Virus record (IMG/VR): IMGVR_UViG_3300012147_000006 | Span: 78,156 to 142,155 of that record | Strand: one strand, 5' to 3' | DNA length: 64,000 nt | From: a virus | Part shown: positions 8,246 through 18,088 of the stretch, piece by piece | Layout: each line of letters starts with the position of its first letter | How positions within the stretch are numbered: the first letter of the stretch is position 1 | Notes under the pieces: model-generated | Database searches by the model: none | Told to the model about the DNA's origin: nothing | Seen by the model: only the letters and a program-made list of their open reading frames with translations | Program-made: the position numbers and the translations under genes

Positions 8246-8276
8246 CAAAGTTATGAAAAAATGGTCAATTTTCAAA
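8246..8276 (-). promoter_or_regulatory. Bacteroidota primary-sigma promoter TTTG-N19-TAACTTTG
   Basis: Matches -33/-7 consensus; similar sites at 11748-11779, 20800-20807, 47384-47391, 53897-53927. Confidence 0.7.
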
Positions 8277-8327
8277 AAGAATGTATATTTATTAAATATA
8301 ACAAAACAACACAAAAACAAAACAATT

Positions 8328-8549
8328 ATGGCATTACCAGGAGTATCATTTAAGGAATTCGTAAAGAATCCGATAGTGGCATTACTCTTCATGTCCCTAA
8401 TGGCGGTGGGTTACCTTTATTACGATAATAAGAGTACCTTAACGTCACAAGTGGAGACATTGCAAGAGGACATTAAAACCCTCAAAGAGGATTACAAAGA
8501 ATTAAACGAGAAGTTCATTGAGTCACTCAAAGAGCTTCACAATCACTAA
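8328..8549 (+). CDS. single-TM coiled-coil protein (holin-like)
   Basis: Likely start MALPG at 8328; TM segment then coiled coil. Confidence 0.55.
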   Translation: MALPGVSFKEFVKNPIVALLFMSLMAVGYLYYDNKSTLTSQVETLQEDIKTLKEDYKELNEKFIESLKELHNH

Positions 8550-8554
8550 AAAAT

Positions 8555-9115
8555 ATGAAAAAAGAATATAAGAAAGCTATATTAATAGCGGTATCAGGAT
8601 TGGCGCTGATGTTCATGGTTAAAATGTGCAAGTCAGAAGATTTCACAAAGATTTACCAGAAGGATAAGGAGGATATAAAAAAGTTAGGAGAGTTGCAGCA
8701 CGAGAGCGACAGCTTGCTAACAGAGATGCTTCATGACCTTGATACCAGGAGAAATATGTACAGCAGTGAGATTGACAGCTTGAACAACATCGTCCTAAAC
8801 GATAACCTTACAGTAGAAGAGGTTGAGAAACTTAAAAAGAAAGTGAAAGATGCGCAGAAGCTATTGAAGGATGCTCAAGATGCCAAGGGTGTTATTATAA
8901 TTGACGCTGGCATGACGATTAGCGAAATAGTTCTTGACTCAATTATTTACAACTATATTTACAAAGATTCTGTACAGTGGAATATTGTTGAGAAAGACTC
9001 TATTGTATACAACATAGTCCACAAAGACACTGTGATTGACAGGAAAGTTTATAAAATAGACACTGTTTACTATGACGGTGATGACGTTAAGAAGCTGAAG
9101 CTTAAAAACGATTAA
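8555..9115 (+). CDS. membrane-anchored coiled-coil protein (spanin-like)
   Basis: N-terminal TM, coiled coil, (K)DS/DT-I-V-Y repeats. Confidence 0.5.
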   Translation: MKKEYKKAILIAVSGLALMFMVKMCKSEDFTKIYQKDKEDIKKLGELQHESDSLLTEMLHDLDTRRNMYSSEIDSLNNIVLNDNLTVEEVEKLKKKVKDAQKLLKDAQDAKGVIIIDAGMTISEIVLDSIIYNYIYKDSVQWNIVEKDSIVYNIVHKDTVIDRKVYKIDTVYYDGDDVKKLKLKND

Positions 9116-9141
9116 GAGGTCAAAAAATTTTTACGTAAAAA

Positions 9142-9172
9142 CGGTCATTCTAAATTTAGAGTGACTTTTTTT
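9142..9172. terminator. bidirectional terminator
   Basis: GTCATTCTAAA/TTTAGAGTGAC stem between convergent genes. Confidence 0.55.
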
Positions 9173-9175
9173 ATT

Positions 9176-9618
9176 TTAGACCTTTGACATTACCCAGCTG
9201 CTATTTTCCCATTTGCCAGCGCCATAATATTTAACATTACCACCACACTTAGGGCAAGGATTGTGAGCCCACATATCACTTTGCATTCCTATCGCTTCGC
9301 AGTTACCGCATCTGTTGACTTTTGTAAATGTTCCTCTATAGTATGTGATGCCAGGTTTAACATGCTCAACTTTCTTCTTTGGTGGAGTTGGCATTGTGCC
9401 TTCTTTAATTATCCTTGATGGTGGCGGAGGTGGTGGAGCAACTCTACCTTTGATTACCTTTTTGATTGCACCTCCTTCATCACGAATAAATTCATTAATG
9501 TTAAACTTGGGTTCTTCCTTAATTTTTTCTCTGGCTTTAATCTTGGCAATAGCCTTAGACTTAATTCCGATTATGTATCCAATTGCAAATGCAATCACTG
9601 CTATAAAAAATATCCCAT
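9176..9618 (-). CDS. membrane protein with polyproline and CxxC/CPxC zinc finger (apparent frameshift near start)
   Basis: Track ORF 9176-9598; coupled ATG at 9618 is out of frame across a T6 run. Confidence 0.6.
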
Positions 9619-9854
9619 TATTTAAAGTCTATGTGAAATGTAACATCTGTTGTATCGTTGTTATGCATTTCGTAAATATAAGTTGTATCTCCTTCTGCGG
9701 AAATCTCAAGTGTTGGCTCCATTGGACTGTCGAGTCTTGTTGATAGCTTGGTTACGTGTATTGCGTTAATTACGATTACCAGAAGTATCATCCCAAGGAT
9801 TCCTGGGAGTATCTTTAGAAAGTAATCTAAAAAGCTATTGTGTGGTTCTTTCAT
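9618..9854 (-). CDS. small membrane protein
   Basis: TM segment. Confidence 0.65.
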   Translation of the reverse strand: MKEPHNSFLDYFLKILPGILGMILLVIVINAIHVTKLSTRLDSPMEPTLEISAEGDTTYIYEMHNNDTTDVTFHIDFK

Positions 9855-10378
9855 ATATTAATTGGCGCTTTGGTGCTGTTTACAATCTCCTGGAGCCACG
9901 TTCTCTTCTCTTCGGCAATATCTCTTAGATTTTTCATAACGATGTCTGTAAGGACTTCTTTTTTGATTCTCTCGTAGAAGTTTTTCCCCTCTACATTATC
10001 CCAAGCTTTCTTTTCATCATCACGAAGTTTAGCGGCTCTATCGTATTCTTGGGCTACTATCATTTCGCCTTTCTCCTCTTTGATTCTGATGAGTTCAGCA
10101 ATACCGCAATCTTTAGATATTTCTTGATACTTTTCATTAGCAACGCTCTTCACTTCTTCAGATAAACCTCCTGCTCCGAATCTTTTAGTCAATTTTTCAC
10201 CAGACACAAGTTGAATTGTGAATTGTACGTGAACGGTTTTCTTTTTTGGATTGATGATGTCTTTTGTTATATCTAAAAAAGATTTTGTCTCCAATTCTGG
10301 AATATACTCCTCCAATTCTGAAATCGTCTCAATGTATTCAGCTGTAAATATTTTATCATCTAATCTTAGTGTTGTCAT
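9851..10378 (-). CDS. protein with UvrB/C (UVR) motif
   Basis: QEYDRAAKLRD. Confidence 0.65.
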   Translation of the reverse strand: MTTLRLDDKIFTAEYIETISELEEYIPELETKSFLDITKDIINPKKKTVHVQFTIQLVSGEKLTKRFGAGGLSEEVKSVANEKYQEISKDCGIAELIRIKEEKGEMIVAQEYDRAAKLRDDEKKAWDNVEGKNFYERIKKEVLTDIVMKNLRDIAEEKRTWLQEIVNSTKAPINI

Positions 10379-10707
10379 TATATTTTATTTAAAGTATCTG
10401 TAACAATGTCAAGCGCTGCAGGGCGAGTGCTTCCTTTTCTGTCAAGGTCTCCTTCTGTGATTCCTTTTCCCTTGTATTTTTCGAACAAAGCAGAGATGTC
10501 AGCCATGAAATCTCTGAAGTGAATGTTTACCTCTGTAATACTTTCTGACTCAACATAGAATCTAAGTTCGTAATTGCTTTCAGTGATGCCGTAGCCGTTT
10601 TTAATTCTAAGAATGGCAGCGTCAACCTGTTCAGCATCTTGGTATTCCAGGAGCCTTTTATATTCACGATGTTCTCTGGTTTTCTCCAAAAATTCTTCTT
10701 CGTTCAT
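10378..10707 (-). CDS. hypothetical protein
   Basis: coupled ORF. Confidence 0.65.
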   Translation of the reverse strand: MNEEEFLEKTREHREYKRLLEYQDAEQVDAAILRIKNGYGITESNYELRFYVESESITEVNIHFRDFMADISALFEKYKGKGITEGDLDRKGSTRPAALDIVTDTLNKI

Positions 10708-10708
10708 C

Positions 10709-10961
10709 TTAGTATTTTTTAATCATTGGATGCTCAATTACTTTGACAAATTCTTTCTTTGTCAAGTATATGGATTCGATTATTTTTGTCGAGGAGGGCA
10801 GATTTATCTGTATCAGTGTATTCATATAAGACAGAGCCTCCGCCACAACCGCCAACTTCGTATCTATAACTACGCCATCCAAAGAAAGTTTTCCTCTGGA
10901 TGGTGTAATCATGTTTTTCTCCATGTTGGACGAATCTTATATTTAAGACAAGTCTTCCCAC
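10709..10961 (-). pseudogene. single gene frameshifted at A5 run (10783-10787)
   Basis: MGRLVL...SALLDK joins IIESIYL...MIKKY; the track shows it as two overlapping ORFs. Confidence 0.55.
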
Positions 10962-11717
10962 TTAGAAGTGTATTTTACCAGTTCTTGTGTGGAAGTTGTA
11001 TAGCTTAACAAGCTCATTGACCATGTCTCCAACTTTAGATTGTTCACGAACGATACCTGAGTTAAGTTTAAGCTTGGTAGTCATTTTCTCATGAACATAG
11101 TTAGGGTGCATATAAAGTTTAAGCATTGCCTTAACAAACTTTTCTTTCTTAGCGAAATCATAGTAATTTTCGAAGATAGCCATGTGAGTAAAGAAATCGT
11201 CAATGTCGATGTCTTCTCTAAATTCGAAAGAACCTTGTTTAATGTTGTGTGAGTGAGAACGTGCGTTCTTTGAGATTTTACCGAATGCACCAACTACAGA
11301 AATTCTCTGGTCGTATTTAGCACAAAGGTCTAAAAGCATGATGTAAGAGTCTTTCCCTCTCTTAGCATAGTGACGAGCATAATCCATAGCGTTCCAGTTC
11401 TTAGCAGCTCTGTTGATGTCTGCAGCAGCATAGATATGAATATCTTCTGATACGATGAAATGAATTGGAAGGCCAAGCTCTTTACATGCAAGGTATCTGT
11501 TTTGTCCATCGACAATCTCCATTTGCTTGTTAACAAGGATTGGTTGATATTGAGTATAATCGTTTGCTTCGATTGACTCTTTAACTTTTTTGTAGTGAGA
11601 CGGGTCTCTGTTGAATTCGCTTAGTACGAACTTTTCATACTGTGTAGAAATCCAGATTTTAATGTCGGACATCTTTGCGAATGCTGCATCTTGTGCAGTA
11701 TCATTTTTCGTTTCCAT
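10962..11717 (-). CDS. ParB/Sulfiredoxin-like N-terminal domain protein
   Basis: QPILVN..IVDGQNRY.A motif. Confidence 0.75.
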   Translation of the reverse strand: METKNDTAQDAAFAKMSDIKIWISTQYEKFVLSEFNRDPSHYKKVKESIEANDYTQYQPILVNKQMEIVDGQNRYLACKELGLPIHFIVSEDIHIYAAADINRAAKNWNAMDYARHYAKRGKDSYIMLLDLCAKYDQRISVVGAFGKISKNARSHSHNIKQGSFEFREDIDIDDFFTHMAIFENYYDFAKKEKFVKAMLKLYMHPNYVHEKMTTKLKLNSGIVREQSKVGDMVNELVKLYNFHTRTGKIHF

Positions 11718-11781
11718 AAATTTTTGTTTTGTAATTAAATTAGACTACAAATCTATAGAAACTTTTTAACCCTTGCAAATT

Positions 11782-11991
11782 TTAAATGCAATATTTGCTC
11801 ATTATTAGCTGAATTTGTCTATCTATAAGGTATTTTTGAGCCTTTATTCTTATTAGATTGAGCGATTGATATTCGTCAGTCTCATAAAAGTCAACAATAT
11901 TTTCGAGGTACCTCTCAATATCTCGTTCGGCTGCTCCAACTATGTAGTATATTTCTCCGTTGTGGATAAAACACGCATCTTCCTTGCTCAT
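11782..11991 (-). CDS. C-terminal [HY]C family protein (dispersed)
   Basis: ends LIMSKYCI. Confidence 0.6.
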   Translation of the reverse strand: MSKEDACFIHNGEIYYIVGAAERDIERYLENIVDFYETDEYQSLNLIRIKAQKYLIDRQIQLIMSKYCI

Positions 11992-12142
11992 CTATTTGCT
12001 TATTATAAGTCTTAATAATAAATATACAATAAATAAGAAGAAATTTAATTAGAATATTTTTAAATTTAATTAATGGTGAAAAAATTTTGTCGGAATCCGC
12101 CTGTCGGCAATGACTGTGCGATGAAAAAATTGTATTATTTTT

Positions 12143-12472
12143 TTATAGAAATTTCTTTAAAAAACAAATTCTTTCCTGCTCTAACTTAATGCCTCTTTCT
12201 TTAGAGTCAATATATTTTTGAATATCTTCTTTGCTTATTTCTTGAAAACACGGGTAGTTTTGATTTTTCACCAGTTTCATTTCACGTTCTAATTCTCCTA
12301 AGTTGTGTTTAGAACTATTTGTGAAGTTAGTTAACTTGCATAGATAAACGCCAGAAAACTTTCCTGGATAGGATTCTATCAATTCACCAGTGTCCTTAAT
12401 GAATTCTACAATGAAGTCGCCCATTTGGTAAAACTTACTTGGTTCAAGTTCTTTTCCGCTAAAGTGCTTCAT
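12143..12472 (-). CDS. hypothetical protein
   Basis: ORF. Confidence 0.65.
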   Translation of the reverse strand: MKHFSGKELEPSKFYQMGDFIVEFIKDTGELIESYPGKFSGVYLCKLTNFTNSSKHNLGELEREMKLVKNQNYPCFQEISKEDIQKYIDSKERGIKLEQERICFLKKFL

Positions 12473-12474
12473 AA

Positions 12475-12924
12475 TTAATCCATTCCATCTACATCATCTT
12501 GAGTAATCTCAAGACAATCAAATTTATCCATGCAATCCTCAAGAATTACATGCAAGAAAGAGCTGTTGTTTCTTGGAGACAAACCTCTTAACATGGTGTG
12601 TCCATTCTTGTTTTTGTACTTCCACACTGGGATGTTCCACTTCTTATAACCTGCATCATCATTTTTTGCCCAGCTATCATCATAAGTTTCGAACATATCA
12701 ATTCTAAGATTTTTGTCTCCGCCAAATCCTGCTCCAAGTCTATTGAATCCTTTCGGCATTCCAAGAAAAAACTTACCTATGCCAACTGCTGCAGTTCCAG
12801 CTCTGTGATTTCCACAAGCTGAACTTAATCCTTCGTCATCTTTCTTGAAGCATGTAATGTCGCTTCCAGCCATGCATCCTGGGCACTGGTATTCTTCGAT
12901 TGCGTCTTTAACGTTATCTTTCAT
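12475..12924 (-). CDS. Cys-containing hypothetical protein
   Basis: Start reassigned to MKDNVK to avoid overlap; YQCPGC motif. Confidence 0.7.
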   Translation of the reverse strand: MKDNVKDAIEEYQCPGCMAGSDITCFKKDDEGLSSACGNHRAGTAAVGIGKFFLGMPKGFNRLGAGFGGDKNLRIDMFETYDDSWAKNDDAGYKKWNIPVWKYKNKNGHTMLRGLSPRNNSSFLHVILEDCMDKFDCLEITQDDVDGMD

Positions 12925-12926
12925 GT

Positions 12927-13229
12927 TTAGTGTTCTAAAAATTCGTAAACTTCTGTGACTGTATCCCAAACGTCTTGGCCAATAACTTCACAGTATTGTT
13001 CGTGAGTAAACCCAAGTTGCTTAAGGATTTCGTTTTGAATGTCAGTGCTTACTTCAGACTCAGCTTCTCCACGACCAGTTTCTCGATAAGCATCTTGCTC
13101 GTCTTCATACTCGTCTTCCCAATCTTCATCAAGATAATTATAGATTGCCTCTTCAACTAAATGCTGAAGGACACTTTCTTCATATTCTTTTCTCAAAAAT
13201 TCGATTACTGATTCTTTAGTAGCTTCCAT
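12927..13229 (-). CDS. acidic hypothetical protein
   Basis: E2 promoter upstream. Confidence 0.7.
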   Translation of the reverse strand: MEATKESVIEFLRKEYEESVLQHLVEEAIYNYLDEDWEDEYEDEQDAYRETGRGEAESEVSTDIQNEILKQLGFTHEQYCEVIGQDVWDTVTEVYEFLEH

Positions 13230-13275
13230 ACTTAGGTTATACGATAAATAAAAGAAAGTGTTCTATTTATCTCGA

Positions 13276-13743
13276 CTAAGCTGTTTGTTTCCACTTGGTT
13301 GGAAACTTATAATCTTTTAAAAGCTCAAAAGCTTTCTCTGGAGTTATATAGCCATCAATTTTAACAAAGAACTCTCTCCAGTTCTCATCAGACTTTGCTC
13401 TCTTAGCGTTTTTAGCCTTCTCTTTCTTCTTCTTTTCTTCATCAAGAGAGACTACTGAAAATCCATCACCCATTTCTTCATCACAGACAGATTGGTCTTT
13501 TCTGTAAGAACTCCCATCAACTTCAAATCTAAAACCATCTATTGTAGTGTGGTATGTGCATGTGATATAGCACGAGCCTGTAGTCTCGTCATAGTCATCA
13601 TAACTTTCTCTTAGGCATTCTACTACCTCCTCGATAGTCATTTCTTCGCCCTCACCTTCTTCCTCTTGAAAGTATTCTGCAAACACTTTCTTAAGAACTA
13701 CCATTACATCACTTGGGATGTCTTCTATTTTATCAATATACAT
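13276..13743 (-). CDS. hypothetical protein
   Basis: ORF. Confidence 0.7.
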   Translation of the reverse strand: MYIDKIEDIPSDVMVVLKKVFAEYFQEEEGEGEEMTIEEVVECLRESYDDYDETTGSCYITCTYHTTIDGFRFEVDGSSYRKDQSVCDEEMGDGFSVVSLDEEKKKKEKAKNAKRAKSDENWREFFVKIDGYITPEKAFELLKDYKFPTKWKQTA

Positions 13744-13757
13744 AATTATTTATTTTT

Positions 13758-14009
13758 TTATGAGTCCATTACGTGGTCTGAACATAAGTTATAGTCAACG
13801 CAATCTTGGTTAGTTGTATCAACGGGTTGTCCGCAATAACATTTCTTTGGAACTTCTGAAGCTGGAACTGCGTCCAGGTGCTCCATTAGTTTTTCTTTAA
13901 ATTTTCTATATCCGTCAGCATTCTCAAACCCTTCTTCGTCCAAGCAGATACCTATTCCATAAAGGAAATCGTCTATGATTGTTTTCACGCTATATTTCTT
14001 GTGACCCAT
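13758..14009 (-). CDS. hypothetical zinc-finger protein
   Basis: CYCG...LCSDH. Confidence 0.55.
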   Translation of the reverse strand: MGHKKYSVKTIIDDFLYGIGICLDEEGFENADGYRKFKEKLMEHLDAVPASEVPKKCYCGQPVDTTNQDCVDYNLCSDHVMDS

Positions 14010-14052
14010 CTGGCCATCATAAGTGTTAACGTATTTCTTAAATTTTTATAAG

Positions 14053-14259
14053 TCAAAATTCTCCATCATCAAGTATATCTTTGTTGCTAACTTTTTCTTT
14101 TTCCCACCCCATTAATAATCGACCTATAATTGACACAACAAAACCTGCAGGTACAAGTGTGTATTTTAAGTCTGGCCTTCCAGTCATCATTGGAATAAAC
14201 ATTACAACGATTCCGATTACATAAAAAAAATATTGAGGCAATTTTATAAACCATATCAA
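14053..14259 (-). CDS. small two-TM protein
   Basis: hydrophobic segments. Confidence 0.55.
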   Translation of the reverse strand: MIWFIKLPQYFFYVIGIVVMFIPMMTGRPDLKYTLVPAGFVVSIIGRLLMGWEKEKVSNKDILDDGEF

Positions 14260-14585
14260 GCTTCTTTTCTTAGTTTTTCAGCAAATTCCTGGAGTTCGTT
14301 CCACTCTTTTTCATATACCTCTGGGTCTTCGTTATATTTTTCTTTTCTATTCTTAAGTCTCCAAGGAGTTATTGAATGCATGGACGTATTGTGGTAATCT
14401 AATTCAATTTCTTCAACCGTCTTTAGTATTTCCTCCTTTGTCTTCGCAAGCCTAAGAGTGAAGTGAATTTGATTCATAGCTGTCTTGGCGGCTTCGTTTT
14501 GTTCCTCTATGATTTTTTCAATCTCAACATCAAGTTCTTCAATGCTTGAGGAGTTGAGCTACTCTAAGTGTTCTTCCCAGTTCAT
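14256..14585 (-). pseudogene. ORF with in-frame TAG at codon 9 (14559-14561)
   Basis: MNWEEHLE*LNSSS... reads in frame into track ORF 14256-14477. Confidence 0.5.
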
Positions 14586-14586
14586 A

Positions 14587-14883
14587 TTATTGAATTGTAA
14601 AATCTACAACTTGTATTTCATCAACAGTGTTGTGCCATCTATTTTCTCTCTTGTCACATTTTCTCCACTTAAACTCTTCATAGTGCCTTAACATAACTTC
14701 ATGGTCTTCATCTTCTACTTCAAGTTTTCTATATTCTTCTTGGCGAGCTATCTCCATTTCAAAAATCCTTGTCGCTTCAGCAACTGCAGCTTCTTTATCT
14801 TTGAAGAGGTTTTTGTTGACTCCTCCACCTTCGTAGATGCAGCCTTGATGTATTCCGTATACAACGTCTTTATCTTCGCTCAT
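14587..14883 (-). CDS. hypothetical protein
   Basis: ORF. Confidence 0.65.
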   Translation of the reverse strand: MSEDKDVVYGIHQGCIYEGGGVNKNLFKDKEAAVAEATRIFEMEIARQEEYRKLEVEDEDHEVMLRHYEEFKWRKCDKRENRWHNTVDEIQVVDFTIQ

Positions 14884-15131
14884 ATTTACTCGCCATTTTG
14901 TTCGTTAATAAACTCTTCTCTAATTGCTACCAAAAGCTCCATTAACAATTTATTGGCCTCATCTGCTTTGTCAACCATTCCGAAGCTCATCATTATTTTG
15001 ATTCTTTCTTCCATTGTGGCAACCTGGAGCACAACTTTTTGCATACTTCTCCGACAAGGGCTTGGTGTGCTCGTATGACAATATTTGCATTAATTGTGTT
15101 GCTTTTTTCACTGCTCAAATTTAGTTAAAAT

Positions 15132-15368
15132 TTATTTATTTACCAAATGTATTTTAATGAACCTGGAAATTAACCCTGGAGTTACAGTTGGCATTCCAGT
15201 CGGAGGATTAACCCACTCAGGTTCTGAAATATATCTTTTTTCATACTTAAGTTTTTTATCCTTCCATATTTTAATAGTTGAAACTCCTTGATAGCCTCTT
15301 ATTACTGACCACGCCCATAAGTCGCCCCCATCTATCGTTATATTTCTGTGCTTCTTTTTCATATGCAA
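15132..15368 (-). CDS. hypothetical protein
   Basis: coupled ORF. Confidence 0.65.
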   Translation of the reverse strand: MHMKKKHRNITIDGGDLWAWSVIRGYQGVSTIKIWKDKKLKYEKRYISEPEWVNPPTGMPTVTPGLISRFIKIHLVNK

Positions 15369-15559
15369 TGTTTTATAAAAATTTCTCTAAACATTTCGTG
15401 GTAATTTCTTTCATACCCTTTAATCAAATAATTTACTTGATAATCTGAAAGCCCGTTGTTTACTATTATGCGCAAGTCTTTAGATGACAAGTGAACAAAT
15501 TTCTTGTTTCTGAGATGTTCTGGAAGTCTTCTTATTTTGTCTTCTTCTAACATTAGCAA
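15359..15559 (-). CDS. C-terminal [HY]C family protein (dispersed)
   Basis: ends IFIKHCI. Confidence 0.6.
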   Translation of the reverse strand: MLMLEEDKIRRLPEHLRNKKFVHLSSKDLRIIVNNGLSDYQVNYLIKGYERNYHEMFREIFIKHCI

Positions 15560-15780
15560 TATTTTTTTAAGATGTATTTATTTTTCTCCTCAATAGAAAA
15601 GATAAGACTTTGCCTTGTCATCCACAAACCTCTTTTTACAAAAGCTGTATTAGCAAACTTAGGGTCCTTAAGTCTTTCTGTTAAAATTTTATGCAATTGC
15701 TCCCCCGCTTTATCCCACTTCATTTTTCTTGCTCTTGTTTTCATTGCAGCGAAGGTACGAATAAATGAAAAAATTTCCAA
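15553..15780 (-). CDS. C-terminal [HY]C family protein (dispersed)
   Basis: ends YILKKYC; real start likely MKTRAR. Confidence 0.6.
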   Translation of the reverse strand: MEIFSFIRTFAAMKTRARKMKWDKAGEQLHKILTERLKDPKFANTAFVKRGLWMTRQSLIFSIEEKNKYILKKYC

Positions 15781-15863
15781 AAATAAAAACTATTTATTAA
15801 GACAACACAAAAATAGATGGAGCCTGAAGAAGACTACGATGACTATAACTGGTTTAACGAACA

Positions 15864-16649
15864 ATGAATATAAAAAAAATAATACAAGAAGAACTTAAAA
15901 AGGTTTTTGAAGCTGTTGTCTATAGTGACTACAAAGACTTTCCAGACTTTTTTGACCCACAGTTCAACCCACAGATGAGGAGCTATCCTACGACTGGGCA
16001 GCACAAATTTGGAACCATGGTGAAAGAAGATTCTTTGGAAGAGGGTTATCCTGAAATGTTTAAGATAGAGGAGTTTAAGACTCTTACAACGTTTGCAGAG
16101 AGAATTAGATATTGTGAAGCATTTCTTCAAAGGATTTCTTCTGGTTCGTCAAGAATTGTATATAAAATTGATGATGAGAAAGTTTTAAAGCTTGCTAAGA
16201 ACAAAAAAGGTATTGCTCAAAACCAGGTTGAGATTGACTTTGCAAAAGAAGGCTTAGATGATGTTTTGGCTACAATTTATGACTATGACCCAAATAGCTT
16301 GTGGACCGAAATGGAATTGGCCCAAAAGCTTAAAGTGGCTGATTTTAAAAAAATTACTGGATTTGATTTTAGAGATTTTGCTGTAGCTATTCACAATTAT
16401 GGAGAAGATGCGAATGGGATTGGTGACAGAAGTTCGTATAAGCAAGATATTGATAAAGCTGTTGTAGAAGAGATGTGGGAAGACGAGTTTGTGTATGGAA
16501 TATTTCAGTACATAGGAAATTTTGGAATACCTGCAGGGGATTTAACAAGACTTAGCTCCTACGGTGTCGTTAAAGAGGGTGGAATAGAAAGGGTTGTGAT
16601 TATTGATTATGGTTTAAATTCTGAAGTTTACGGCTCTTATTATTCTTAA
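15864..16649 (+). CDS. protein-kinase-like fold protein with N-terminal IIQEE helix
   Basis: SGSSRIVY, VLKLA, N..E, GDL..YG, IIDYG motifs. Confidence 0.65.
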   Translation: MNIKKIIQEELKKVFEAVVYSDYKDFPDFFDPQFNPQMRSYPTTGQHKFGTMVKEDSLEEGYPEMFKIEEFKTLTTFAERIRYCEAFLQRISSGSSRIVYKIDDEKVLKLAKNKKGIAQNQVEIDFAKEGLDDVLATIYDYDPNSLWTEMELAQKLKVADFKKITGFDFRDFAVAIHNYGEDANGIGDRSSYKQDIDKAVVEEMWEDEFVYGIFQYIGNFGIPAGDLTRLSSYGVVKEGGIERVVIIDYGLNSEVYGSYYS

Positions 16650-16654
16650 AATCG

Positions 16655-16683
16655 AAAAAGCCCCCATTGCTGGAGGCTTTTTC
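16655..16683. terminator. bidirectional terminator
   Basis: AAAAGCC..CA/TG..GGCTTTT. Confidence 0.55.
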
Positions 16684-16757
16684 TTTGAACCAATAAATAA
16701 AGATGTCAATTGCGAGACGCATAGATGACCATCCTTAGATACAGACGTTATATATCT

Positions 16758-17096
16758 TTAGTCCCAAATACCCTTGCTGCTGCTTGAGTTTGGAGACTTT
16801 TCAATTTCTTCTTCATTTGCAAACTTAAACGCTTCATTTGTTCTATCGTAAACTTCTGTTCCAGCCTTAACGACTTTATCATAAGCTTTTGCAACGAATG
16901 AATTCATTTGCTCGTTCATCTTTGTCATCTTCTCTCCAAGCAGCGCTCCAGTTCCTCTTTCGATTTCCTCGTGACACCATTGAGTAAAGACAGCTTTATT
17001 ATCAACTTCAAGAGTTGAGAACATTGCTTTTAATATTTCAATTTTTTCTTCTTGGCTTAGCGTTTCTGAGCCAGTTCCTGTGTTTGCTGTTTCCAT
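16758..17096 (-). CDS. hypothetical protein
   Basis: E2 promoter upstream. Confidence 0.7.
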   Translation of the reverse strand: METANTGTGSETLSQEEKIEILKAMFSTLEVDNKAVFTQWCHEEIERGTGALLGEKMTKMNEQMNSFVAKAYDKVVKAGTEVYDRTNEAFKFANEEEIEKSPNSSSSKGIWD

Positions 17097-17131
17097 ATTC
17101 TTTATACGATTATTATTATAAAATGTTCTAT

Positions 17132-17656
17132 TTAATTTGTTCTAATATATTCGACATCATCTAAATCGCTATTTTTTAGATGTTTATTGTTTAAATAAAC
17201 TTTGTTCATAACGATGCTTTGCTTGTCTTTGAAGTCTGGGTGTTGCATTAAATCGCTTGCAATAGCCCATCTTCTATCTGCCTCCTCTCTTGAGAGGTCA
17301 AGAATAGATGTCATGAGCCATACAATGTGACCTTTTTCTTTAGGCTCATACTGATAAGCGTCTTTAAACGCTTCGCATCTTGTGCTCCAGGATTTGCTTT
17401 TTCTTTTTTCGTCTTCATTCTCTATAGTTTCGAAAATAGAATGTACTGTTTTTTCTAATATAGCCTTCTTTTCTCCTATAGATAGATTGAATCCAGATTC
17501 ATAGAAGTTTATTCTGGCGAAAAGCTTTTCTGAGGCTTCGTTGAATATGAAACCTTGTTCTCCATCGTCAGATACGCTGCAGCTTATTTTAACTCCTTTT
17601 TCTATTTCTTCATTTGTCATCTGGAATGTTTTTGTAATTATTAAATGCGTAAACAT
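17132..17656 (-). CDS. hypothetical protein
   Basis: ORF; start probably MTNEE. Confidence 0.65.
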   Translation of the reverse strand: MFTHLIITKTFQMTNEEIEKGVKISCSVSDDGEQGFIFNEASEKLFARINFYESGFNLSIGEKKAILEKTVHSIFETIENEDEKRKSKSWSTRCEAFKDAYQYEPKEKGHIVWLMTSILDLSREEADRRWAIASDLMQHPDFKDKQSIVMNKVYLNNKHLKNSDLDDVEYIRTN

Positions 17657-17861
17657 ATATCAATGATATAAGTGTTGACAAAGATATGATTAAAATCTCA
17701 AGTGAAAAAAATAATCTTAAATTAAATTCTAAAGAAATTGGTTTTCCTTCTGAAACATAATTTACAAGATTCATTACTACTTGAATTGCTATTAGAGTTA
17801 GTGTAAAAAGCACTACTCCAAATGTAAACATTTCTATAAAATCTCTTAACTTATTCTTCAT
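17610..17861 (-). CDS. two-TM membrane protein
   Basis: hydrophobic segments. Confidence 0.6.
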   Translation of the reverse strand: MKNKLRDFIEMFTFGVVLFTLTLIAIQVVMNLVNYVSEGKPISLEFNLRLFFSLEILIISLSTLISLIYVYAFNNYKNIPDDK

Positions 17862-17887
17862 GTAAAAATATTAGTTAAACAATAAGC

Positions 17888-18088
17888 TTACTTGTCGCAG
17901 CTACAATTTGTGCATTTACAGTCTGGGTTATTTTTTATAGCCTCCACTGCAATATTCATCTTAGAGAACATGTCCTTTAAAATAGTCGAAACACTATCAA
18001 CAGCGTCATAATCATTAATTGACTCAGTTGTTTTTGTTACGATTCCTTCGGCAATATCTCGAATCTCTTTGTTAGTTACTTCCTTCAT
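17888..18088 (-). CDS. small protein with Cys-rich tail
   Basis: ends CKCTNCSCDK. Confidence 0.6.
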   Translation of the reverse strand: MKEVTNKEIRDIAEGIVTKTTESINDYDAVDSVSTILKDMFSKMNIAVEAIKNNPDCKCTNCSCDK

